Positions 28,649-37,416 of a DNA stretch of 64,000 nt are shown here, piece after piece (position 1 is the first letter of the stretch; every line of letters begins with the position of its first letter). The stretch comes from Candidatus Bathyarchaeia archaeon (GTDB lineage Archaea; Thermoproteota; Bathyarchaeia; Bathyarchaeales; Bathycorpusculaceae): positions 64,001 to 128,000 of the forward strand of contig JAVZNE010000001.1 of assembly GCA_038882975.1 (NCBI GenBank), read 5' to 3'. The notes under the pieces were generated by a model. It worked only from the letters and a program-made list of their open reading frames with translations. It was not told the DNA's origin and did not search any database. The translations under genes were made by a program, and so were the position numbers.

Positions 28649-29419
28649 CTATGTTTTGCCGTAACCAGCACTTTTCATTATCTTTTTAACAGAGATATAA
28701 GCCGGAGTTTCAGGCGATATCCCCAGCAAAGACTTTCCAGCAAGAACATACTCCTCAACGTTCTCGTCGTAGGCAACCCTGCCCAAAAACTTGAAAGGCA
28801 AAACCTTCTTGGCTTGGTTTTCAAGGCTTTCAGGAAAACGAAAACCTCCAACAACATAGAAGTTTTGGAAGACTATTTTAACCTCTTTAGCCACGCGATA
28901 AGCTCGCTCCACATGGTCAAAGGACTTTTTCGATGGGTCAATGACGTCGAAGATGTCGTCCACCTTGGATGTTATACGCCTATTCAAGTGTTCTAAGCCA
29001 GCCGGCGAGTCGATTAGAACATACCTATAGTTTTTTGTTAGCGATTCCAACGCGCCTTTTAGGGCTGCGTTTGGTAGGCAGTAGCAACCCTCAACCCATT
29101 TTGTGCCAAGAGCAATAAAGTCGAAGTTTTCACCCTCATACATTCCATGAGCCCAAATTCGACTTTCAATGCGCTCTGTTGGCGGCACTCCAACGGTTGT
29201 CCCACCCTCCTCTAGGAAGGTTTCCACGAGAAGCTCTGAGATGGATTTTTTGCCAGCTGCGTGAAGGTCTACGCCGACCATTTCGCCCAGGTTCTGGTCT
29301 GGGTCAGCGTCCACAAGAAGAAGTGGCGCCTCGCCCAATTCTATGAAGTATTTTGCCATTAGGGCTACGAAGCTTGTTTTTCCGGTGCCTCCTCGCCCCA
29401 TAGTGACGAGAATTTTCAT
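28649..29419 (-). CDS. cooC: CooC/AcsF nickel-insertion ATPase
   Basis: GRGGTGKT, DADPDQNL, GCYCLPN, DSPAGLEH. Confidence 0.92.
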   Translation of the reverse strand: MKILVTMGRGGTGKTSFVALMAKYFIELGEAPLLLVDADPDQNLGEMVGVDLHAAGKKSISELLVETFLEEGGTTVGVPPTERIESRIWAHGMYEGENFDFIALGTKWVEGCYCLPNAALKGALESLTKNYRYVLIDSPAGLEHLNRRITSKVDDIFDVIDPSKKSFDHVERAYRVAKEVKIVFQNFYVVGGFRFPESLENQAKKVLPFKFLGRVAYDENVEEYVLAGKSLLGISPETPAYISVKKIMKSAGYGKT

Positions 29420-29479
29420 TTTTCTAACCCCTTAATGCGGCTGTCCATCCTATTGTTTCGGGTATTATTAGGTGTTGCC

Positions 29480-30256
29480 TTACAAGAGCTTGTCGCATAA
29501 TCTTTCTATGGCTTTAATGGCTGGGATATCCCCATATTTTAGGGGTGTTTCTCCCCGCATTTCAGCTTCCACAACCTTCGGGTCGAATGGTAGAAAATCC
29601 AGAACCTCTAAACCATTTGCTTTGGCGAAGGCTTCAACAGCCTCCCTTTGAGCCTCGTTTTCAATTTTGTTTCCAACAAGGAGGATGCGGCTCATTCCGG
29701 CTTTCACGCCTAACTCGTGGATGCGTTTGGCTGTTTCAAGAGCCTTCAAATTAGCGTTAACAACAACAAGCATGACATCCACATGCCGCGCTGTGCCCCG
29801 CCCCATATGCTCAACACCAGCCTCTAAGTCCAAGACAACAGCTTCATCGCGTTCGACGACCAAATGCCTTAAAAGCGAACGAACAACAGCATTAGCCGGA
29901 CAAGTACACCCAGCACCAACAGAACGCACAGTTCCCATAACAATAAGGTTTACCCCCAAAGGCGTCATAACGGCGTAGTCTCGCACGATATCGTCAACAG
30001 TAAATGTTAAGCGGAAAACACCAGCATAACCAGTACTCGTCTTCGCCTCGATAAGCTGCTTATTCTCAGATATAGGCACTATACGGCTGGCTTCCTCGGA
30101 GGACAAGCCTAAAGTCAAGGCAAGATTAGGCGAAGGATCAGCATCAATAGCAATAGTCTTAAAACCTCTTTTAGTTAAGGTGTAAGCCAAACCGCCAGCA
30201 ACAAAAGTCTTGCCAACACCACCCTTACCAGAAACAGCCACCTTCATAAAATTCAC
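29480..30256 (-). CDS. cooC: CooC nickel-insertion ATPase (second paralog)
   Basis: GKGGVGKT, DADPSPNL, GCTCPAN, DLEAGVEHMGRG. Confidence 0.93.
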   Translation of the reverse strand: MNFMKVAVSGKGGVGKTFVAGGLAYTLTKRGFKTIAIDADPSPNLALTLGLSSEEASRIVPISENKQLIEAKTSTGYAGVFRLTFTVDDIVRDYAVMTPLGVNLIVMGTVRSVGAGCTCPANAVVRSLLRHLVVERDEAVVLDLEAGVEHMGRGTARHVDVMLVVVNANLKALETAKRIHELGVKAGMSRILLVGNKIENEAQREAVEAFAKANGLEVLDFLPFDPKVVEAEMRGETPLKYGDIPAIKAIERLCDKLL

Positions 30257-30266
30257 CGAAACACGA

Positions 30267-30689
30267 TTAGACCTTCACCTCAGCAAGCGTGCGCACCTTC
30301 ACTTCTTTAAGCTGTCTAAAATGAGGGTCCTCTGTTAATATGATGTCAGCTTTTTCAAGAAAAGCAGTAGCGGCTATTATGCAGTCTCCCCATGGAATTT
30401 TCTCTTGATATTTGTGCCTGAAAATCCCGGCTTGTTTAGCAACATCTGCTGTTAAATTTATGATTTCCAATCCTGAGTTAACAAGTTCTCTAAAAAATTT
30501 TTCTGCAACATCCCTACCAGCCCTTTTACGCGTTAACAAGTAAAATTCTCCAAGAACAATTGTTGGCAGGATTCCCTTATTCCCGAGTTTCCTACATTGA
30601 GTGAGAATTTTCTGAGTTTTGCCAAGGACATCTTCTTCATCAGAAAAATAATGGAGCACAAGAAAAGTTGTGTCAAGCACAATAATCAT
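30267..30689 (-). CDS. vapC: PIN-domain toxin VapC
   Basis: VLDTT, LGEF, WGDCIIAATA, LTEDPHF. Confidence 0.9.
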   Translation of the reverse strand: MIIVLDTTFLVLHYFSDEEDVLGKTQKILTQCRKLGNKGILPTIVLGEFYLLTRKRAGRDVAEKFFRELVNSGLEIINLTADVAKQAGIFRHKYQEKIPWGDCIIAATAFLEKADIILTEDPHFRQLKEVKVRTLAEVKV

Positions 30690-30698
30690 AGGATTCCT

Positions 30699-30929
30699 TC
30701 AGCGGAAGTTTTCTTCTCTTGTTTTTATAAGCTCGGCAATTAACTCTTTCGGATTCCCGTATTTTGCTAACTTACCAGCCGAGTCAACAATATCTGGCAC
30801 TGGTTTTATAACTAACCCGTTCTCTGTTTCCTCGAAAATCACAAGGCTTCCTTCTCGAAGGTTATATTTCCTTCTAAACTGAACAGGAATTGTTGTTTGT
30901 CCTTTCTTGGTTATTTTTGAGTAAGACAT
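30699..30929 (-). CDS. vapB: AbrB/MazE-type antitoxin
   Basis: SKITKKGQTTIPVQFRRKYNLREG; directly upstream of the PIN gene. Confidence 0.9.
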   Translation of the reverse strand: MSYSKITKKGQTTIPVQFRRKYNLREGSLVIFEETENGLVIKPVPDIVDSAGKLAKYGNPKELIAELIKTREENFR

Positions 30930-30962
30930 TTTAATTCTCTTACAAAAAATAAAGGTCTTACT
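30920..30962. promoter_or_regulatory. Putative autoregulatory operator of vapBC
   Basis: AGTAAGAC (30920) / GTCTTACT (30955) inverted repeat plus an inner TCTTAC (30938), spanning the start codon and promoter. Confidence 0.5.
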
Positions 30963-30987
30963 TTTTAATAAGCATTACTGAAACGCT

Positions 30988-31923
30988 TCAAAGTCTTTCA
31001 AGCAGTGCTGCATATATTATTGGTAGGGCTATTGTGGCGTCCGCCTCTATAGTTACTGTTTTTGCTTTTTCTCGGATTTTCCCCCATGATATTGCTTCTC
31101 TTGGGCGGGCTCCTGATAGGCTTCCGTCATACTCGACAGCTGTTGTTATGTAAAACGCGTAGTCCAGTCCCTTCTTAAATAGGTTCCACCATAGGACGTG
31201 ATGCTTTGATATTCCTCCGCCTATTATTAGGGCTCCTGATTTTTTTGCTTCCCAAACCATGTCGTTTAGGAGTTGCTCGTCTTTGAGCACGTTTATTTTT
31301 AGGTCTTTGTGGTCTTGACTGAACTGCCAAATCTGGTAGCCCACGGCGCCGTCCGTTATGCCCGGCACTATTACGGGTATATGGTTTTTCCAGCACCAAT
31401 ATAATATTGAGTTTTCGTTGAGGCGTTTGCCAATCTCCCAGCACAACTCGTAGGTGGCAAGTTCTCGCTTGCCTTCAGCGTATATGCTGTTCAAGAACTC
31501 CGTCATTTTATCTTCGATTATTTCGCCATAGCTTGCGTTTGGCACCAGCACGTTGCCTATTCGGCTTATGCCTTTCCTATGCAGTTCTTTGTCATCCATG
31601 TAAAAGTCGCCTTGAAAATAGTCGCGATAGCAACGTGCCAAATCATGGTCTAAAGTGCCGCAAGTCGTGACTAAAACGTGGAACCATTTATGCTTAACCA
31701 TGTCACGGATTATGCCCCTTGTGCCAGTGGCAATAATGCAAGCGGGAAAAGAAAGAAAATTGAGGATTTCCCGCTCTTTCAGCATTGCCTCAAGAACGTC
31801 AACGCCTAGGGCGAGGTTTTTTGCTGTGAAGCCTCCACTTTCAAGCATCTGTCGGATAAGCGTGTCTGCAGAAACGCCCTTCGAAATTTCGAAGTCTTTC
31901 ACTTTTTCCATTGGACGCGCCAA
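30988..31923 (-). CDS. dys: Deoxyhypusine synthase (canonical archaeal type)
   Basis: GGFTAKNL, GGGISKHH, EYDGSLSGARPREAISWGK (catalytic Lys), ADATIALP. Confidence 0.92.
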   Translation of the reverse strand: MARPMEKVKDFEISKGVSADTLIRQMLESGGFTAKNLALGVDVLEAMLKEREILNFLSFPACIIATGTRGIIRDMVKHKWFHVLVTTCGTLDHDLARCYRDYFQGDFYMDDKELHRKGISRIGNVLVPNASYGEIIEDKMTEFLNSIYAEGKRELATYELCWEIGKRLNENSILYWCWKNHIPVIVPGITDGAVGYQIWQFSQDHKDLKINVLKDEQLLNDMVWEAKKSGALIIGGGISKHHVLWWNLFKKGLDYAFYITTAVEYDGSLSGARPREAISWGKIREKAKTVTIEADATIALPIIYAALLERL

Positions 31924-31926
31924 GAG

Positions 31927-32973
31927 CTATTCTAAACCCTTAAACAGCCAAGATAAGTCTGGCATCTTCGCCCTTTTATCGATTTTCTCTGCCAAAGCGT
32001 GAACTACTATTGGTAGGGCTATTGTTGCGTCACAGTAGCACTGCACATTCCGTCCCTCCTTGGCTTCCTTACCCCAGCTTATGGCTTCCTCAAAAGTGCA
32101 GCCAGAAAGCCCACCCCAATGAGGCGCGTCAGTCGTAATCTGTATGGCATACTTGTGTGGGTAAGTTCTCTCATATTTTCTGGATTCTGTTAGGCTTCTT
32201 CCAACCGTTGTTAGTTGGATGAAGTCTTTTGGCACGCCGCCGCCAATGTAGATTACGGCGCTTTCTGGAGCTGCCTTAGCCTTTATATCAACAAGCTGTT
32301 CAAAGTCCCGCATCTGGTCTATGGTTATGTCGAAGTTGCTTTCAAGCTTCCTGTTTAGGAGGTAGGCGATCCCATAGCCGCTGTCAACTATGGCTGGACA
32401 GAAGACTGGCACTTTATTCTCGTAGGCTGTTGCAATTATGCTTTTAATCCCCATCTGTGAAAGCTCTTTCCCGAAAAGGTGGAGAAACTCAGCTGAGGAA
32501 TATTTGCGGTTTAGGCTTAACTTTTTCATGAAGTTGGCGATTAGGCTTTCCATTTGGCGGTATTCAAGCTCGTCTGCAAAAACATCGTAAAAACGGTCAA
32601 TTTTATATTGTAAAAGTTGGTGGTCATCCACCATGTGGTGTCCCTGCCAGTAAGTGCCTCCCATGGCTTCCAAAATGTCTTCTGAAATGTTTGCGCCTGT
32701 GGAAACAATAACGTCGATAAAGCGTTTTTCAATAAGCCAGTTAACAATTTTCCACTGTCCAGTGGTGCTCATGGAACCGGCATACCCGAAAAAGATTACA
32801 ACGTCGTCTTTGAGCATTTCCTCCCAAACTTCGACAACTTCGCCAAGTTTTCGGCCTTGAAAACCAGTTTTAGCCATTTCCGCAAGCAGTTCCGAGATTT
32901 TCCTTGGAGTTTTAACCTCTATCGGCTCAAGCTTCCTTCTAAAGAATGGAGTTTGCCTTTTCTCCCTTATCAC
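31927..32973 (-). CDS. Deoxyhypusine-synthase-like protein (homospermidine-synthase/SpeY-like clade)
   Basis: TGFQGRKLG, STGAN, GGGVPKDFIQ, ITTDAPHWGGLSGCTFEEAISWGK. Confidence 0.85.
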   Translation of the reverse strand: MIREKRQTPFFRRKLEPIEVKTPRKISELLAEMAKTGFQGRKLGEVVEVWEEMLKDDVVIFFGYAGSMSTTGQWKIVNWLIEKRFIDVIVSTGANISEDILEAMGGTYWQGHHMVDDHQLLQYKIDRFYDVFADELEYRQMESLIANFMKKLSLNRKYSSAEFLHLFGKELSQMGIKSIIATAYENKVPVFCPAIVDSGYGIAYLLNRKLESNFDITIDQMRDFEQLVDIKAKAAPESAVIYIGGGVPKDFIQLTTVGRSLTESRKYERTYPHKYAIQITTDAPHWGGLSGCTFEEAISWGKEAKEGRNVQCYCDATIALPIVVHALAEKIDKRAKMPDLSWLFKGLE

Positions 32974-33071
32974 CGAATTTCAACTCCACAATTTTGGAAT
33001 GCTTTATTTTCAAAACCTCACTTTTAAATTTTTAGTTTCCAGAAAAACCGCTAATATTACGTGCCAATTCT

Positions 33072-34049
33072 TTAAAAAATGTAAAGGTTTCCAACACTGT
33101 TCCAAACGAAGGCTTCTGGCATGGCTCCTGCAATTGCAAAGGCACCCCTCCAGCCAGTGCAGTGCATAGGCGCAACCAGTTCTGGCTTTAACTGTTTGAG
33201 TGCTTCCACGGTTTTGCCGATGCGCTCTTCACACTCTCTACCAGATAAGTGGAAACCGCCAATTATAGCGTGGACTTTCTTGATTCCAGTAATTTGCCGA
33301 ACATAAAGCACAGTGTTAACTATCCCAGCGTGGGCGCAACCAGACAATATAACAAGCCCCTTATTTTTTACATGAACGGCTAATGCTCGGTCATCCCAAA
33401 CCCAGGGGTCAGGCTTCCATTCGCCGTCAATAAAAGCGCGTTGCTGCGTATAGCCCTTCTCAAAGTCTGTTTTTCTCGGAATTTCTCCAGTAACAAGCAC
33501 CAAGCCATCAGCCAGCAGATAAGGTTCTTTTGTTTTCAAGAATTTGGCTGGGCGTATTTGAGCTTCTTTTGGGAATTCTGGATAACGCCTAACAGAACCA
33601 TCAGAAGCGGCGACACCTCTAATCTTAAACATGTCTTCATGCACTATTATGGGTAAGTCCGCTTTACCAATGGCTTTGATGAAGTTCTGTAGTCCGCCGA
33701 AATGGTCATAGTGCCCATGAGATAAGACAATAGCCTCAATCTGCCCCAAGTTTATGCCCATGCTACACGCGTTTGAAACAGCTCCTTGTGGGCTTACACC
33801 AGTGTCAAAGAGCAAAGTGTGCGACTTCCCATCGCAAGACGCTGTAACAAGCATTGACAAGCCATGCTCAGCTATTGGTAGGCGAAAATTCCTTTCAAAC
33901 CATTCATTGCCCATGCGCTTTGCAACCCAGCTCCGAACACCTTGGACTTCCCGCCGGTTGATGGACGATACGAAGTCCACACAGTTGTCCATTAAACATA
34001 TTACTTCTAAACTTTCAGCCTCCCTGAGCGATACACCTATATCGGACAA
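33072..34049 (-). CDS. MBL-fold hydrolase, MJ0301-like family (often annotated in methanopterin biosynthesis)
   Basis: AEHGLS, LFDTG, SHGHYDHFGG, SGCAHAG, GGFHL, PMHCTG; start moved to TTG 34049 to avoid overlap with cofE. Confidence 0.82.
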   Translation of the reverse strand: MSDIGVSLREAESLEVICLMDNCVDFVSSINRREVQGVRSWVAKRMGNEWFERNFRLPIAEHGLSMLVTASCDGKSHTLLFDTGVSPQGAVSNACSMGINLGQIEAIVLSHGHYDHFGGLQNFIKAIGKADLPIIVHEDMFKIRGVAASDGSVRRYPEFPKEAQIRPAKFLKTKEPYLLADGLVLVTGEIPRKTDFEKGYTQQRAFIDGEWKPDPWVWDDRALAVHVKNKGLVILSGCAHAGIVNTVLYVRQITGIKKVHAIIGGFHLSGRECEERIGKTVEALKQLKPELVAPMHCTGWRGAFAIAGAMPEAFVWNSVGNLYIF

Positions 34050-34071
34050 TTGACAGCGCACTCCTGCTTGT

Positions 34072-34830
34072 TTAGAGGAATAGGTCCTTTTCCCTTGGTC
34101 TAATAAGTTCCGCAGCCCTCGCATCCTCGGATTTTATGTACTTATAGCCTCGGATTATAGCCACCGGAATCCCCTCATCCGCCTGCCCAATAACAAGCTC
34201 GGCTGCCGAGCAGAGCTCATCGGCAACGGCTGTCTGCTTTACACGTAAAACATAACCAAACAAGTCCTTTTCACCTCTGCGGTCTCTTATGGGCTTCAAG
34301 CCTGAAACGCCAACAGCAACATTTATTTCGCCTTCTCTTAGGGGTCTGCCATGCGTGTCGGAAATTATGACAGCCACATCGCAGCCCGTCAAACGCCTTA
34401 TCTCACGCCTAATCTTGGCGGCGGAAGCGTCGGGGTCTTCTGGAAGCAAAGCCACAAAGCGTTCCCCAGGCACGTTGGATTTGTCAACCCCTGAATTAGC
34501 ACAGACAAAACCGTGCCTCGTTTCGGTGATTATTTTTCCATCAGCCATTCGTCTAATGCTCTTCGCTTCTCTAAGGACAACCTCAACCATGGCAGGGTCC
34601 TTATCGTAAAGTTCCGCTATAGTTTTCGCAAACTGTGAGGGTGTAACCTCATCCAAGTTTATAACCCGACCCTCAGCCCTCGAAACAACAACATGCGTAA
34701 CAACTATTATGTCGCCGTTCTGTATTGGTGTTCCTTGACGCTCAGCAGCCTTGCAAATGAGCTCTGCGAGGTTGTCTCCAGCCTTTATAATCGGCAAGCC
34801 CTCAACACCAATTATCTGGATTACGTTCAT
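34072..34830 (-). CDS. cofE: Coenzyme F420:L-glutamate ligase
   Basis: GLPIIKAGDNL, VSRAEG, ANSGVDKSN, LPEDPD, SDTHGRPLREG, D.RG.KDLFG, ADELCSAA. Confidence 0.92.
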   Translation of the reverse strand: MNVIQIIGVEGLPIIKAGDNLAELICKAAERQGTPIQNGDIIVVTHVVVSRAEGRVINLDEVTPSQFAKTIAELYDKDPAMVEVVLREAKSIRRMADGKIITETRHGFVCANSGVDKSNVPGERFVALLPEDPDASAAKIRREIRRLTGCDVAVIISDTHGRPLREGEINVAVGVSGLKPIRDRRGEKDLFGYVLRVKQTAVADELCSAAELVIGQADEGIPVAIIRGYKYIKSEDARAAELIRPREKDLFL

Positions 34831-34980
34831 GAAACATCACGGACATGTTATATGCGGATGTCCCTTATAATTTCCGCTATTTTAACACAGAACAATGTTT
34901 TAAAACCATGGTTTTAGCGGTTTGTATGCAAAAGTTTTTTAATGTTAAAGTTTTTCTCTCTAAAGGCGAGATGAACTGCG

Positions 34981-35706
34981 ATGAAAATATTGCATGAGTT
35001 TGTCCCAACACGCAAATTTTTGAAACTGGCGGAGGAAGTTAAAGACCTTGTTGACGGATGGAACATAACTGACAGCGCCGCCGGAATGCCAGCACCCAGC
35101 GGCACAGCGGTGGGATGCGTCCTCAAAAGCAAATATCCAGAAAAAATTGTCATACCGATATTCATACTCCACTACAAAGGACCAGTGGAGGTTGGAGGCT
35201 TGGCTTTGGCTGCAGATGCTGTGGGCTTGGATGGGCTTGTAATTACAATGGGAGACATACCAAAATACGGTGAGCCCATAAAAATGTTCAAATCCTCAGA
35301 GGAAGCTAGAGACTTCCTACGCACAACAATACGCCTAAAAACCGTTAAACTTGGATGCTTGCTTACAGCACGCCGAACCATAGAAGAAACCATAGCAAGA
35401 GCTAAAGAACCATGGGACTTCGTCTTCTTCATGAGGCTTGAAGACAAAACTTTCCCAGCGCTGGAAAATGTGGCGAAAGAGTGCAAACGCTTAAACAAGC
35501 CTATATACACATACTTCCTCGTTGGAACACCCAAAAACGCTGAAATGGTCAAACTAATCGGGTGGCCGGTAACAACAACCATGGATAAGGTTGAGGAAAC
35601 AGCATCAAAACTTGAGGGTTTGGTGGACGGCGTCATAGCAACATGCGCCGGAGACTATGAAGGAGACAAAGAACTCCTAACAAGACTTCAAAAGTTTAGA
35701 AAATAG
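34981..35706 (+). CDS. Short MetF (methylenetetrahydrofolate reductase)-like flavoprotein TIM barrel
   Basis: EFVP, NITDSAAG, IPIF, GLVITMGD pattern resembling MTHFR; divergent. Confidence 0.55.
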   Translation: MKILHEFVPTRKFLKLAEEVKDLVDGWNITDSAAGMPAPSGTAVGCVLKSKYPEKIVIPIFILHYKGPVEVGGLALAADAVGLDGLVITMGDIPKYGEPIKMFKSSEEARDFLRTTIRLKTVKLGCLLTARRTIEETIARAKEPWDFVFFMRLEDKTFPALENVAKECKRLNKPIYTYFLVGTPKNAEMVKLIGWPVTTTMDKVEETASKLEGLVDGVIATCAGDYEGDKELLTRLQKFRK

Positions 35707-35749
35707 AAGTTAAATCGCCAAACATCCCCTCTCTTTTGCTCCATTGTTT

Positions 35750-36376
35750 CTAACACTGTATCCAAGCATTAAACATTGAAAAAGTTTTTAGCGACTTTCT
35801 TGGCGGAGGCTCCGGCTTCTCGTCGGGATATCCCATTATAACCATTGCTTGAGGCTCAATTTCACGGGGCAAACCCAAAGCTTTTCTCACTGCACTCTGA
35901 CAGAATAATGGCGCGCAAACCCAGCATGCCCCAAGTCCATAATAGTGCGCTAAGAGAAGCATGTTCTGAACGTATGCGGCAACGCTTTGAACACCCATTA
36001 AGTATTCTGCCTTCCGCCTCCTCCTATCCGGATATTTATGCATGTCCTCCATTGACAGACAAACCATGAAGACGACGGGGCTTTTGGTTATCCGCTGCCA
36101 ACTCTCAACCCTAACAGTTTCCTCAGCCTTCTCCCTAGGAACACCATCCTTAAGCATGTCCAAAAGCCAAGCCTTCCCCATCGCTGCGGCAAGCCTCGCC
36201 TTCACCTTATCATCGTCTATTGCAACTACGCGCCAGGGCTGAGCATTGTGCGCTGAAGGAGCCCACCTTGCCAAATCTAAAATGGCGCTTATGACTTCGC
36301 GGGAAACTTTTGTCGGCTTAAACTTGCGGATGCTCCGCCTAGTTTTAATAAGCTCAACTGCGTCCATTTTGGACAC
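35750..36376 (-). CDS. Nitroreductase resembling the FbiB C-terminal domain / FbiE (dehydro-F420 reductase candidate)
   Basis: RRSIRKF, APSAHNAQPWR, AMGKAWLLDMLKDG, HKYPDRRRRKAEYLM, GACWVCAPLFC; divergent from cofD. Confidence 0.8.
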   Translation of the reverse strand: MSKMDAVELIKTRRSIRKFKPTKVSREVISAILDLARWAPSAHNAQPWRVVAIDDDKVKARLAAAMGKAWLLDMLKDGVPREKAEETVRVESWQRITKSPVVFMVCLSMEDMHKYPDRRRRKAEYLMGVQSVAAYVQNMLLLAHYYGLGACWVCAPLFCQSAVRKALGLPREIEPQAMVIMGYPDEKPEPPPRKSLKTFSMFNAWIQC

Positions 36377-36425
36377 ATCCCAACAAGCACTTTAAGGCTA
36401 AGAACCAATTTATAGGTGTGGTTTA

Positions 36426-37352
36426 ATGGGTAAGGTTGTGGCGCTTGCAGGCGGCGTTGGAGCAGCAAAACTTTTAAGAGGACTCGTAAAGGTTGTGCCG
36501 CCCAAAAACCTCTTTATAATTGGAAACGTAGGCGACGATATAGAGCTCTACGGACTTCACATAAGCCCAGACCTAGACATAATAATGTATACACTTGCTG
36601 GCATAGTGGACGAGGCAAAAGGCTGGGGGATAGCAGGCGACACCTTTAACTGCCTTGAAATGTTGGGGCACTTAGGATTTGAAACGTGGTTCCGGCTAGG
36701 AGACAAAGATTTGGCAGTTCACATTATAAGAACCAAAATGTTACGGGAGGGCATGACGCTCTCCCAAGCCACAGCAAAATTATGCAAAATGCTTGGAGTT
36801 GAAGCCAACCTCTTACCAATGAGCAACAACCCAGTGCGGACAAAGATTCAATCCGGCAGCATGCTCCTCGAATTCCAAGAATACTTCGTCAAGAGAGGGG
36901 CAACGGACACTGTTACGGACGTAATTTTTGAAGGCGCTGAAAAGGCTGAGCCAACACCGGGTGTTATCCAAGCCATAGAGGAGGCTGAACGAGTAATAAT
37001 TTGCCCTAGTAATCCAATTCTAAGCATAGCTCCAATCCTTGCAATAAAAGCTATAAAAAAGGCACTGGAAAAATCAAAAGCGCCAATAGTGGGCGTAAGC
37101 CCAATAATAGGTGGAAAAGCCCTGAAAGGACCAGCTGACAAAGTGATGGCAAGCATGGGCTTTGAGCCATCAGCCTACGGTGTAGCAAAATATTACGAAA
37201 AACTCCTAAAACACTTTATTATTGATGAAGTTGACAAGGAACAGAAAAGCCGCATAGAAAATCTTGGAATAAAAGTTACAGTAATAAACACGATTATGAA
37301 AAGTCTTGAAGACTCAATTCGCCTCGCAAAAGTTGTGATGGGCATAACATAG
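36426..37352 (+). CDS. cofD: 2-phospho-L-lactate/PEP transferase CofD (FbiA)
   Basis: LAGGVGAAK, NVGDD, ISPDLD, WFRLGDKD, FQEYFV, PSNPILSI, KGPADK. Confidence 0.95.
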   Translation: MGKVVALAGGVGAAKLLRGLVKVVPPKNLFIIGNVGDDIELYGLHISPDLDIIMYTLAGIVDEAKGWGIAGDTFNCLEMLGHLGFETWFRLGDKDLAVHIIRTKMLREGMTLSQATAKLCKMLGVEANLLPMSNNPVRTKIQSGSMLLEFQEYFVKRGATDTVTDVIFEGAEKAEPTPGVIQAIEEAERVIICPSNPILSIAPILAIKAIKKALEKSKAPIVGVSPIIGGKALKGPADKVMASMGFEPSAYGVAKYYEKLLKHFIIDEVDKEQKSRIENLGIKVTVINTIMKSLEDSIRLAKVVMGIT

Positions 37353-37416
37353 CGCAGCAAATAATAAAGAGCGCATACCCTACTATTAATGTAGCCTCCA
37401 AAAGCTGGGACAATGA

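Noticed and set aside
21532-37352. Evidence for methanogenesis
   Set aside because: ACDS and F420 genes are not diagnostic; no mcr or mtr in the window
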